Shown: one piece after another, positions 16,495 to 24,770 of the stretch | Layout of the letters: each line of letters opens with the position of its first letter | Position numbering within the stretch: the stretch's first letter is position 1 | IMG/VR virus record: IMGVR_UViG_3300045988_117571 | Span: 1-41,554 of that record | Origin: a virus | DNA: 41,554 bases | Reading direction: 5' to 3' (one strand) | Notes under the pieces: model-generated | Told to the model about the DNA's origin: nothing | Seen by the model: the letters and a program-made list of their open reading frames with translations, nothing else | Databases searched by the model: none | Program-made: the position numbers and the translations under genes

Positions 16495-18315
16495 TCACCC
16501 GTCTGAGCCAACGGAGCGCAACGGAGGGGGCACGACGATGTCTTCTCCTGGCTTCCACTTCTTGAATGTTCCCCAGGACCTACCGTACTCAACGTCCACA
16601 CCTACTGCCGGAACAAAGTCGAAGTCTTCCATGATAGTCTTGATGGCGGGTATGGCCACCTTCAGTTGGTCGTCCGGGACCTCAAACATCACGGAGTCGT
16701 GTACCTGCAGTAGCATATACCCTCCAATGTCCAGCATGGCCGGGAACAGTCTAGATATTGCCACTCTGACGATCTCAGCAACACCACCCTGAATTAAGTT
16801 GGACATCGCCTTGTGGGGGTCAGCCTCCGGAACGTTAAAATGCCGGGTTCTGCCGGTCCACATCTTGATGTACCCGTTTTGCTTGGCAAAATCCTCACAT
16901 TGATACATCAGCTTGCGGAATCCGGGGTACAGCTTGTGGTACCGTTCCAAGTAGTCCCGCGCCACTTCTTGCTCCACCCGCAAGTTTTCGGCTAGGTGCT
17001 TATATCCTATACCATAAATTACCGAGAAATTGATCCGCTTAGCCGCATTACGAGGAATCCCCAACAACTCAGCGGTTGCGGAGTGTAGGTCCGCGTCCTG
17101 CTCGATCAACCCCCGCATTGTAGCATCCTTGGTGTAGTGGGTCACCAGTCGCATTTCAGCTTGCTTGTAGTCTGCCTGGATCATCGTATATCCGGACCTG
17201 GCCTCAAACACATCCTTCACCTTGAACACCTCAGTGTGCTTTGCCACTGCCTGCAGATTCGGGTTACTACACGACAGACGTCCAGTGTACGTACCGATTA
17301 GGTTTAAGGAACAATGGAGAGCATTGTCAGAATCCATAGCCTCGATATACGGCGTGTAGTACCTGCTGTCCACCGACAACCACCCACGGGCCTCCTGCAC
17401 CAATTTAGCCCGTTCGGCTCCCTCCCCACCAGCATCAATCAACTCCTGCAGACGCTCTGCTGCCGAGGACTTTACTCCAAGGAACTCGCACACTTTCTTC
17501 GACGAATTTGGGTTGAGATCGAACCCAGCTTTGGTGTTCAGTCTCTCTTTAGCATCTTTAGAGTGCTGTACTGCTTCATTCCTATACTTGGAAATGGTGT
17601 CGGGGTTGATAAGCATCCCGCGCTGCTCCATCAGCATCACCACGTAACTGTAGTAGTTTACCTGTCTCCAGATATCATACAAACCGTGATATTGCAAAGC
17701 TGGCCTGACGAGTTCCAACAGCGCCCTGGTGAGCCTAACATCGTCACAAGCGTACGGTTCCACGTCTGCCGGATCCAACACATACATCATAGATTTTACG
17801 TTGTTTTCAGATTTCGGATTCCTACTGCATGGGAGCCCTAGGCGCTGGCACTCTTCGAATACCTTATCCTCAAGGATGGATTCTTGTAGGGATCCTTCCC
17901 CAATACCATATCGGTCACATATCTCTTTCAATTTGAACGATGGTTCATTCTCGTTAAGTAGATGTACTGCCAGCATGGCATCTTCAAAATTGGGGGCTGG
18001 GACAATTCCATCTGTAGACATCATATGTTCGTCGAAACTGTAGTTAAACCCGCCATACGTCCTATGCGGATCCGACAGGTACCCTCGGAAGAATTTCATA
18101 CACTCTATCGGCAAGTTGGTTCCCTGTGCATGCCGGAAAGGAAAATAGTAGGCTTCTTCCCCTCGATCCACAGCAATACCTATCACTTTGTCCTGCTTTC
18201 TCTTGGAGTTGCCGAAGATGCACAAACCAGTGGTTTCGGTGTCCACACATGGGTCTGTGCAGGACAGGAGCAGGGGTTTGACCTTCTCCAGCATCTCCGG
18301 TGTGTTGACGAGCAT
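16495..18315 (-). CDS. Family A DNA polymerase with 3'-5' exonuclease domain (DpoZ candidate)
   Basis: 606 aa. Exo motifs: DTETTGL, FNYSFDEHM, YACDDV. Pol motifs: A DYKQAEMRL, B RNAAKRINFSVIYG, C QVHDSVMFE. Confidence 0.9.
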   Translation of the reverse strand: MLVNTPEMLEKVKPLLLSCTDPCVDTETTGLCIFGNSKRKQDKVIGIAVDRGEEAYYFPFRHAQGTNLPIECMKFFRGYLSDPHRTYGGFNYSFDEHMMSTDGIVPAPNFEDAMLAVHLLNENEPSFKLKEICDRYGIGEGSLQESILEDKVFEECQRLGLPCSRNPKSENNVKSMMYVLDPADVEPYACDDVRLTRALLELVRPALQYHGLYDIWRQVNYYSYVVMLMEQRGMLINPDTISKYRNEAVQHSKDAKERLNTKAGFDLNPNSSKKVCEFLGVKSSAAERLQELIDAGGEGAERAKLVQEARGWLSVDSRYYTPYIEAMDSDNALHCSLNLIGTYTGRLSCSNPNLQAVAKHTEVFKVKDVFEARSGYTMIQADYKQAEMRLVTHYTKDATMRGLIEQDADLHSATAELLGIPRNAAKRINFSVIYGIGYKHLAENLRVEQEVARDYLERYHKLYPGFRKLMYQCEDFAKQNGYIKMWTGRTRHFNVPEADPHKAMSNLIQGGVAEIVRVAISRLFPAMLDIGGYMLLQVHDSVMFEVPDDQLKVAIPAIKTIMEDFDFVPAVGVDVEYGRSWGTFKKWKPGEDIVVPPPLRSVGSDG

Positions 18316-18800
18316 CAGCCCTCTCTGGCCTCAGCCAGCTCCTTGAGAGTCATCACACGGGAGATTTGGGAGCGGGCTTGGCCGTTGTACTCAGTCACCT
18401 CAATAAGGGCGCCGCAGTCTTTACCAACCACATCAGACCGTTTGAATTTAACTACCTGACCTTGCTGTCCCACACCAAGGGCCATCACGGTTTCCGCTAC
18501 CTTCCACATAGCAGCAGGGGTGATGGCCGTAAACACCTTGAACTCCCGACCAGTGTAATTACCCTCTACCACTGCGAACGTCCAGACGAACATCGGGTTG
18601 CCGCTCTTAGAAACGGACTGCTCCACATCGTTGCAACACACCTTATACAAGCCATCTGGAACCTTAAAGTTGTCCTGTACATTGGTGAGATCAATCTCAA
18701 AAGCATCCGGAGAAGAAACGGAACTGTTACCGGGCATGGGGGACTGAGTGGAGGGAGCGGGGACTCCACCGGGGGCGGGCATAAAAGGGTTGTTAGTCAT
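18315..18800 (-). CDS. DUF669-like protein (SSB-like partner of the Sak4 ATPase)
   Basis: 161 aa. It lies directly downstream of the Sak4-like ATPase, as is usual. The core pattern is P.G.Y......VE...SK.G.PM.V..F.V.EG.Y.GR. Confidence 0.55.
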   Translation of the reverse strand: MTNNPFMPAPGGVPAPSTQSPMPGNSSVSSPDAFEIDLTNVQDNFKVPDGLYKVCCNDVEQSVSKSGNPMFVWTFAVVEGNYTGREFKVFTAITPAAMWKVAETVMALGVGQQGQVVKFKRSDVVGKDCGALIEVTEYNGQARSQISRVMTLKELAEAREG

Positions 18801-18815
18801 TTTGTTTTCCTCCTG

Positions 18816-19595
18816 TTAATTGTTTAAATACTTCCCCATGATATCAACCATGTTGGGATCTCGAATGATTGGACCAATACGCTGAGCAAACTCACTGCCA
18901 CGGGTTTTAGCAGCAAAGTTGTTCATAGGCTGGGTGAGAAGGTATCTATGTGTCTCGCTGCGGTACCCAACTTCCTCGTTACCGGCCTGCTCGTCAGCGG
19001 TGTACAGATACCACACAAAGTCCATATACCCCATCACTGCCGTGCAAAGCTTCTCGGTCAGGTTGGGTTTGGACTCTTCTAGGACGTTGGTGCCCTTGCG
19101 CATTTTGTCTTTCTTGTGGGCGATGTAGATGACGTGCATCGGAAGGTCCCTAAACCCCCGCAGGATTCGGGCAAGGCGTTTGCCAGACACCCCGTAGTCC
19201 TCCAAGTAGACTTCATCAATGGAGTAATTCTTGTCCTTCTTGCGCCGATTGGCGAACTCCTTAGTGGTGATCCCCTCCAGTACCAGGGTTTGCAGCTCAG
19301 TAATGTTGTCAATCACCACGGTTTTGGTGTTTTCATACTTCGGATCGTGACTAACAATCCGGAAAAGTTCTTGCTCCAGATCATCTGCTGTGTGGATGTC
19401 CGTTGCATGAATGTCCCCACGGCTGGCCAACGTCATGATACCACCATCGATGTTGAAAACGTGGACATCAGCCATTTCTGGCACATCTTGGGCGGTACCG
19501 GCCAGGTAAGTCTTCCCACTTCCTGGGTCCCCATAAATTAAAACGTTGAGCTTACTCAGAAAGATGCTAGGTGTAATCAAATAACCGTCATTCAT
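18816..19595 (-). CDS. AAA/RecA-like ATPase (Sak4-type recombination protein)
   Basis: 259 aa. Walker A is YGDPGSGKT and Walker B-like is VVIDNITEL. It is paired with a DUF669 gene. Confidence 0.7.
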   Translation of the reverse strand: MNDGYLITPSIFLSKLNVLIYGDPGSGKTYLAGTAQDVPEMADVHVFNIDGGIMTLASRGDIHATDIHTADDLEQELFRIVSHDPKYENTKTVVIDNITELQTLVLEGITTKEFANRRKKDKNYSIDEVYLEDYGVSGKRLARILRGFRDLPMHVIYIAHKKDKMRKGTNVLEESKPNLTEKLCTAVMGYMDFVWYLYTADEQAGNEEVGYRSETHRYLLTQPMNNFAAKTRGSEFAQRIGPIIRDPNMVDIMGKYLNN

Positions 19596-19599
19596 TTTA

Positions 19600-19992
19600 T
19601 CACCTTCTTAGTATGTTTCCTTCCCAATCTACTACGCCCGTCCTAATTAGCTCAGGTATAGTCTTGTTGTTCCATCTACTGTGCAAAATGTGTAAGTGAC
19701 ACCTTTCGCACAGACACACAAGATTAGAAAATTCGTTATTGGTATTATCTTGGTCTTTATGGTGGATATGCAGTTCTACGCCATCATCACGGGTGGCTCC
19801 ACAATAGAAACATTCCCACACGCCACCTCCATCAGTATATGATCTCTTGTGAGGTAGCCCACGGTCTTGCATTCTGCGGTTGTTGCGTAGTCTCTGCTCC
19901 TCACTCAATTCGGATACCCTGTATTTGTGCTGATTGCGCCTTTTTGATTCTCTCTTGCATATCTTGGCTTTTTCAGGGTCTTTATACGGCAT
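19600..19992 (-). CDS. HNH endonuclease
   Basis: 130 aa. Motif: CFYCG...ELHIHHKD.D..NN...NLV.LC..CH..IH. Confidence 0.8.
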   Translation of the reverse strand: MPYKDPEKAKICKRESKRRNQHKYRVSELSEEQRLRNNRRMQDRGLPHKRSYTDGGGVWECFYCGATRDDGVELHIHHKDQDNTNNEFSNLVCLCERCHLHILHSRWNNKTIPELIRTGVVDWEGNILRR

Positions 19993-20001
19993 ACTTCCTC
20001 C

Positions 20002-20571
20002 TCATGTCTTATCGATGTAGGTTGCGGCTTCATCTGCCACATGAAGCAGCCACGCCAGCCGGTTGTGCTCGAACACTTCCCCGGGCTTTCCGTAGTCCTG
20101 CCGGTCCCACGGCCCCATATGGCAATTGATAGCGGCGGCCTCAAACGGCTCCAGGCTCATAAAATGCTGGACCAGGTATACAGACTTGGACCCGTGTCCA
20201 CCGAACGGAAAACTCTCCTCGAATTTGTAGAAGGGCACCTTCTCCCATTGGCCGGTTTGGTCGTTCTTCACATTACGGGTGGACACTTTGTAGCACCCCA
20301 CCTTACACAGGTCGTGAAACAGGGCCACAATGGCCTCGGACTCCCGGCTGCACCTAGCTCCTTCCATGTCATAGAATTCGTTAAGGTCTTTCAATCGCCG
20401 GTATACGTTCAGACTGTGCATCGCTAATCCACCCTCGAACGCGCCATGGTACCGGCTGGACGCCGGAGCGGTGAAGAAATCAGTGGCCTGAATCCATTCG
20501 AGTAGCTTGTCAATCCCATCGCGGTGAATCCCCCGCTTGGCTATGGTCAAAAATTCATCCTTGATGTTCAT
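20002..20571 (-). CDS. HD-domain phosphohydrolase (DatZ-like dNTP hydrolase candidate)
   Basis: 189 aa. Metal-binding pattern: RYHG...H..., LFHDLCK, HGSKS, HVADEAA. Confidence 0.6.
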   Translation of the reverse strand: MNIKDEFLTIAKRGIHRDGIDKLLEWIQATDFFTAPASSRYHGAFEGGLAMHSLNVYRRLKDLNEFYDMEGARCSRESEAIVALFHDLCKVGCYKVSTRNVKNDQTGQWEKVPFYKFEESFPFGGHGSKSVYLVQHFMSLEPFEAAAINCHMGPWDRQDYGKPGEVFEHNRLAWLLHVADEAATYIDKT

Positions 20572-20591
20572 TTCGTCACCTCCTATATATA

Positions 20592-21716
20592 TTATACCAT
20601 GTTAGTGGGGGTGTTGTCAACACCCTTATTGTCATTCCTACCGCGAACGGTGTACTCACGTAGTCGGATCTCCTTTGCGTCGTAGTCTCTCAGCTCCGCC
20701 TGGCATAAGGATTGATATTGGCACATCTTGCAATTCCAGGGGTACATAAACCGCTTGTTTCCTCCCTTGTGGGACCTCTTCACGGCCCAGGATGCCGGTA
20801 CCACTACTTCGTCCCAGATTCTTTTCACGGTGGAGTCGTTGCGGTACTCGTAGGTTGCACGGAACCACTCAATATCAGCCAGCTTAGGCTCCATCTCTTC
20901 CCGGTATGGTTCCGGGTCCACCCCTTGGGCGGCACAAAATCGTGCGTAATGATTCCAGGTAGTCTTAATCTTGGTCCGGCTGATAGTCCCGTTCTTGTTC
21001 ACTGCCGGGTCTGCGGCCGGAGTGTTGCAGTGCTGCCAGGTCATGGTACCTGTGATCTTGATACCCATTTTGCTGCAAGCATGAGTATACACCGCGTTCT
21101 GGACGTTGTACGCTTCCTCGGTGTCGTCCGACAGGGATTTTCGGAATTTGTAATCAGTACACCATGTAAACCCCGTTTCCTTATCCCTGAGAATCGCATC
21201 AATATACCCATGTAGCCCCCCGGAGCCGGGACAAGGCACCAGAAAATGGAGCTCCAGCGCCGGTACGGGTTTGCCGCCCTTCTGCATCGTCACCACTTCA
21301 TACTTCCACGGCTCAAATTCATTAAACGCCTGAGTAAACACCGACACCGCGTCAGTCAAAATCTGCTCCTGGTCCGGGATCTCCTCTACCAAGAACTCGT
21401 TGTTCCTCATATACGTATCCCACTCGGCCACCATGGCGTCCACCCCGTTAGCCCTCCAGGACCCGTACAGCCCGCACTCATAGGAAGTATCTAGTCCATC
21501 TTGCTGGTCCTTCCACGCTTCCTGCATGGCGGTTTGCATTCCCTTGTGGCAGAGCTTACCTACCGTCAGGAACGGTCGTTCTACACGGGGCTTGAGGTTC
21601 TCAATGTAGTTGTACTCCCACTTCTTGGGGCAGCTCATATGCGTCATGAGCTGGGATACTGACACCATCCCCTCAGGGGTCGTCCCTTCCGGGAACAGGC
21701 ACTTGGTATTTTTCAT
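20592..21716 (-). CDS. PD-(D/E)XK / Cas4-RecB-like exonuclease with C-terminal Cys cluster
   Basis: 374 aa from the ATG at 21716 (GGAGG 8 nt upstream); the longer track ORF crosses the intergenic inverted repeat. Nuclease-core pattern: GYIDAIL..., TDYKF. C-terminal Cys cluster: CKMCQYQSLC. Confidence 0.65.
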   Translation of the reverse strand: MKNTKCLFPEGTTPEGMVSVSQLMTHMSCPKKWEYNYIENLKPRVERPFLTVGKLCHKGMQTAMQEAWKDQQDGLDTSYECGLYGSWRANGVDAMVAEWDTYMRNNEFLVEEIPDQEQILTDAVSVFTQAFNEFEPWKYEVVTMQKGGKPVPALELHFLVPCPGSGGLHGYIDAILRDKETGFTWCTDYKFRKSLSDDTEEAYNVQNAVYTHACSKMGIKITGTMTWQHCNTPAADPAVNKNGTISRTKIKTTWNHYARFCAAQGVDPEPYREEMEPKLADIEWFRATYEYRNDSTVKRIWDEVVVPASWAVKRSHKGGNKRFMYPWNCKMCQYQSLCQAELRDYDAKEIRLREYTVRGRNDNKGVDNTPTNMV

Positions 21717-21746
21717 GTTGTAACCTCCTGTTGTAGCCGCTCGGGT

Positions 21747-21792
21747 GTTGTATTGCATTGCACTCCCAAGGGAGATGCAATACAATACAACA
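21747..21792. repeat. Imperfect inverted repeat IR-1 (arms GTTGTATTGCATTGCACTCCC / GGGAGATGCAATACAATACAAC)
   Basis: Read by eye. It lies in the 141-nt gap between the primase-helicase stop and the nuclease start. The 19-nt core atgcaatacaatacaacaa (21775..21793) is identical to 31140..31158. Further TACAA/TTGTA half-sites lie at 21812..21848. Confidence 0.85.
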
Positions 21793-21857
21793 ACCTCGCC
21801 AACGGCCCGCACAATACAAGTTGTAGTTGTTGTATACCGTGTTGTAATGGCGCAACA

Positions 21858-23672
21858 TCACTCTACCCCTTTTCTCTTGTACCTCCCGTCGGGCATCTTC
21901 TCCACCATTCCAGCAGCCTCTAGTTGTCTGATCTGCCGGGAAATAGTGGAGCGGGTCTTGCCTGCCTTGCTGCACAGGTCCCCCTGGGACATTGGACCTT
22001 CCTGCATGAGGTCCAGCAAATTGGCCTGGGCGGGTTGTCGGTTCTCGGTGTTGGATAGGGCTTGATACTGGTTGGATACTACCTGATACTGCATGGGGTA
22101 CTTGGTGCTGATGTTGAAGGTCAACGAGATGGGGGGCTGGTTGCCCATCACCTTGGAATGGCGGCGCACTACTATTTCATTCGAGGCTAGGCGCGGATTG
22201 CGTCGCACCTGCCAACCGGCCTCCAGGAATGCGTTAAGAAATTGGGACCCCCAGGAATCCTCACGGGCCGTACTGTCCGGGTCCAGATTCTTCTTGGAGT
22301 GGTGGGCCAGCACAAACGAGCATCCATACTTGTCGCGCCATGTTTTCAGTACCATCATCTGGTTAGCTAGATCGGCCATGTAGTTGTCCACGGCTGCCGT
22401 GGTGGAGTATAGCGGGTCAATCATAATTACCTTGGGTCGGATCGTAGCGATCTGTTGCTCCAGCTCCTCCAGGACCTTTTTGTTGTCGAATCGTAGCATA
22501 CGGGACGGATGCACGTAAATCGGCAGGTCTGGCATACAAGGAACTTGCCATATATCCCCGTCAATGTTAGTCGTGGCCCCCAATTTCTGTTCCACAATTA
22601 GAGCTAAACGATCAGTTAGCCCGGTGTGGCTATCTTCCTGCTGGATGATTATAGTGGGACCTTTGTCGTTAACAGGATACCTTCCCAAGAATGGGACCCC
22701 GGAAGATATCGACACGGCTAGGTCTAGCAGTATCCAAGTCTTGTAGCTCTCAGGTGGAGAGATCAGGAAGGTAATACTTTTGTCCGGCAACCAGTCCTCC
22801 ACCAACCAGGAGACCCCCTCACCGCCGTATCCTTTGACATAGTCGGCCATACGCATGACATCAAATGTGGAGTGCTTTTGCTGCTGTTCCTTCTCTACGG
22901 CGGTCCGGTCGTCCTCAAACTGGACAGACGTAAACTGAGTTTCCTCAATTGCGTGGTTGCGCTCTATAGACTTGATGGTTGTCCGTATTTCCCGAACCGG
23001 CAACGGGGGGTCGTTCCGCTCGTTCCATTCCATCAATAGGGTCTCCACTATATCGGAGTTGATCCCCTTCTTGAAGAAATACCCGGCCAGTCGCGCACAG
23101 GCATCGTTCCTGCCGCCTTCGGAGACACCTCGGAGCGTTTCTGTTATCCACCCGTCATTTTGTACCCGGGGTTGTGCCTGAAGCTCAAGAAGAGCCACTG
23201 GGAACGCCCCGAGAGGCCCTCTCTTAACCCATTCGTACCTGTTGCCGTTCGGGTGAATTGTGGGGGGCAGTACGATGAACCCCCCGTCTGCTCTCAGGTC
23301 TGCCCCGTCGAAAATTCTCACTCTGTTGGACACGTGAGGAACAGAGGTTGGGTACTGATAGAACAGGTGGTACCCACCGGACCCTGTACGGGAGTACATT
23401 TGGGTCGGATACCTTCTTAGCAGGTCCTCGATGGAGTATGGGCAGCTAGCCTCCACATCCAGCACCACCATGTTGGACACTCTTCCGGTCACAACACCGA
23501 CTCCCACACCTGACAAATTGACGAACCACGACGTTACCATCTCTTTGGTAGCTTTCGTCTTGGTATATTGCAGCCAGTTGGTCATGAACGGACGTTTCTC
23601 CTCGGGCTTTACAGGCAACACACTCCAGCCGCTGTCCACATACTCAGCCGCTAAATCAATCGTCGTTGCCAT
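21858..23672 (-). CDS. Primase-polymerase / helicase fusion with C-terminal winged-helix domain
   Basis: 604 aa. The N-terminal bifunctional Prim-Pol pattern is GWSVLPV...KRP...W, GVGVVTG...VVLDVE. A PriCT-like motif GGRNDACARLAGYF follows. The central RepA/AAA_25-like P-loop is SPPESYKT. The C-terminal wHTH is GDLCSKAGKTRSTISRQIRQLEAAGMV. Confidence 0.8.
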   Translation of the reverse strand: MATTIDLAAEYVDSGWSVLPVKPEEKRPFMTNWLQYTKTKATKEMVTSWFVNLSGVGVGVVTGRVSNMVVLDVEASCPYSIEDLLRRYPTQMYSRTGSGGYHLFYQYPTSVPHVSNRVRIFDGADLRADGGFIVLPPTIHPNGNRYEWVKRGPLGAFPVALLELQAQPRVQNDGWITETLRGVSEGGRNDACARLAGYFFKKGINSDIVETLLMEWNERNDPPLPVREIRTTIKSIERNHAIEETQFTSVQFEDDRTAVEKEQQQKHSTFDVMRMADYVKGYGGEGVSWLVEDWLPDKSITFLISPPESYKTWILLDLAVSISSGVPFLGRYPVNDKGPTIIIQQEDSHTGLTDRLALIVEQKLGATTNIDGDIWQVPCMPDLPIYVHPSRMLRFDNKKVLEELEQQIATIRPKVIMIDPLYSTTAAVDNYMADLANQMMVLKTWRDKYGCSFVLAHHSKKNLDPDSTAREDSWGSQFLNAFLEAGWQVRRNPRLASNEIVVRRHSKVMGNQPPISLTFNISTKYPMQYQVVSNQYQALSNTENRQPAQANLLDLMQEGPMSQGDLCSKAGKTRSTISRQIRQLEAAGMVEKMPDGRYKRKGVE

Positions 23673-23898
23673 CTTCTTCCTCCTTGTGTGCTACCATGAA
23701 CAGCTCATGGGTGTTGACCTTGTACAGGGCCGCGTACTTGAGGATCGCCTCTTCAGACAGGGTCCGACCACCGCTCTCATGGCGGGAAATAGCGGGGACA
23801 CTAAAACCGGTCAGGATGCTAACCTCTTGAAGGGTCAGCCGGGAGCGGTCCCGAAGCTCCTTGAGCCGGTTCTTGGGTGCGGAATTATCCTTCATCAT
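23656..23898 (-). CDS. XRE-family helix-turn-helix transcriptional regulator (Cro-like)
   Basis: 80 aa. HTH: LTLQEVSILTGFSVPAISRHESGGR. RBS AAAGGAGG. It is the first gene after a consensus promoter and overlaps the primase-helicase start. Confidence 0.8.
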   Translation of the reverse strand: MMKDNSAPKNRLKELRDRSRLTLQEVSILTGFSVPAISRHESGGRTLSEEAILKYAALYKVNTHELFMVAHKEEEDGNDD

Positions 23899-23915
23899 AT
23901 CACCTCCTTTCGTTT

Positions 23916-23945
23916 ATTATAACATGTTGACAAATCTCGTGTCAA
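23916..23945 (-). promoter_or_regulatory. Consensus sigma-A/sigma-70 type promoter (minus strand) with palindromic -35 region
   Basis: Minus strand reads TTGACA-18 nt-TATAAT, with TG at the extended -10 (catgtTATAAT). On the plus strand, 23927..23945 reads TTGACA-aatctcg-TGTCAA, a perfect palindrome. Confidence 0.7.
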
Positions 23946-24028
23946 TAGGCTTATTGTCAGTTCTCACTACCCCCAAAAACTTCTTGCACATGATGGCCAT
24001 CCAGACGGCCTCGTGGGTGGTACAGCGT

Positions 24029-24409
24029 TTATCCATCCTGCCCCCTCCGTAGTGCGGCCTCGGCTTCGTCTTTCGATTCTCTGAGGATATATTCCTCCAT
24101 ACAATCAACCACTTGAGACGGATATGCAAAATAAGCGCTTATGGCGTTTGGGTATTCCCTATTGCAGCACCATCCCCATCCTGGAACTTTAATCGGTAGC
24201 ACCACGCACCGCCCCTCCCGGTTAGCCTGGACCAGCTCTCGCAGTCCATCCAGGTCGTACTCATCGCCCAGGATGTCCTCGATCTTTTTGAGTCGGTTAT
24301 AAACCTTCTCAACGCTGGGTTTTTCCTCCATCAATATCCGCTTATATTTTTCTTCGGATACCACGGAAAATCCGGTCTCTGGAATTGTATACTCAGTTAG
24401 CCGTTTCAT
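24029..24409 (-). CDS. Hypothetical early protein (MKRLTE-type N-terminus)
   Basis: 126 aa from the ATG at 24409, with GGAGG 6 nt upstream. Confidence 0.55.
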   Translation of the reverse strand: MKRLTEYTIPETGFSVVSEEKYKRILMEEKPSVEKVYNRLKKIEDILGDEYDLDGLRELVQANREGRCVVLPIKVPGWGWCCNREYPNAISAYFAYPSQVVDCMEEYILRESKDEAEAALRRGQDG

Positions 24410-24614
24410 GTTCCCCTCCAATAATCGGTGTGTAGTGCGGGCAGTCAATACACATATACATCGTATTGTCCGACCTGTTATCACCACCCATCAGACCACA
24501 ACATCTCCCCTGCGAAGCATATCCCTTTTCTTCCATTTCATCGTAGCAACACTCACGGGATAGCCAATACTTTGCCTTTTCTACCCATGCAATCATCCTG
24601 CTTAATATGCTCAC
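24393..24614 (-). CDS. Small Cys-rich hypothetical protein
   Basis: 73 aa from a GTG start that overlaps the upstream stop, with GGAGGGG about 10 nt upstream. It contains CC, CC and CIDC motifs. Confidence 0.45.
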   Translation of the reverse strand: MSILSRMIAWVEKAKYWLSRECCYDEMEEKGYASQGRCCGLMGGDNRSDNTMYMCIDCPHYTPIIGGEHETAN

Positions 24615-24769
24615 TTCTCCAACCCCTCCATCCTTCCTTTCAGCTCGATAATCTCCTCCGGCTCCAGGCCGGTGTCCTCGTAGGCGGCGAGGCGGTCAAC
24701 TGCTCGTTCCTTCGTTTCGGACACGTTATAGACCGTTCTGTTTTTATATCGTTCCGTCAACCGTTTCAT
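24611..24769 (-). CDS. Small hypothetical protein (MKRLTE-type)
   Basis: 52 aa from the ATG at 24769, with GAAGGAGG upstream. The AAYEDTGLEPEEI motif is common in Firmicutes phage early proteins. Confidence 0.5.
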   Translation of the reverse strand: MKRLTERYKNRTVYNVSETKERAVDRLAAYEDTGLEPEEIIELKGRMEGLEK

Positions 24770-24770
24770 G

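Noticed and set aside
16427-16558. N-terminal extensions of track ORFs: 16019..16558, 20592..21812, 26755..28323, 29911..30984, 24029..24487, 24611..24898, 28743..29060, 26176..26658 and 11383..12219.
   Set aside because: - In each case an internal ATG or GTG has a GGAGG-type RBS and often overlaps the upstream stop codon.
- The extensions cross promoters, palindromes or neighbouring genes and encode Arg/Gly-rich junk.
23656-23898. XRE-family HTH gene as evidence of a lysogeny switch or prophage.
   Set aside because: - There is no integrase, no divergently transcribed CI-like repressor and no att-like repeats.
- The gene is co-directional with, and overlaps, the primase-helicase gene.
- It is more consistent with a Cro-like early regulator.
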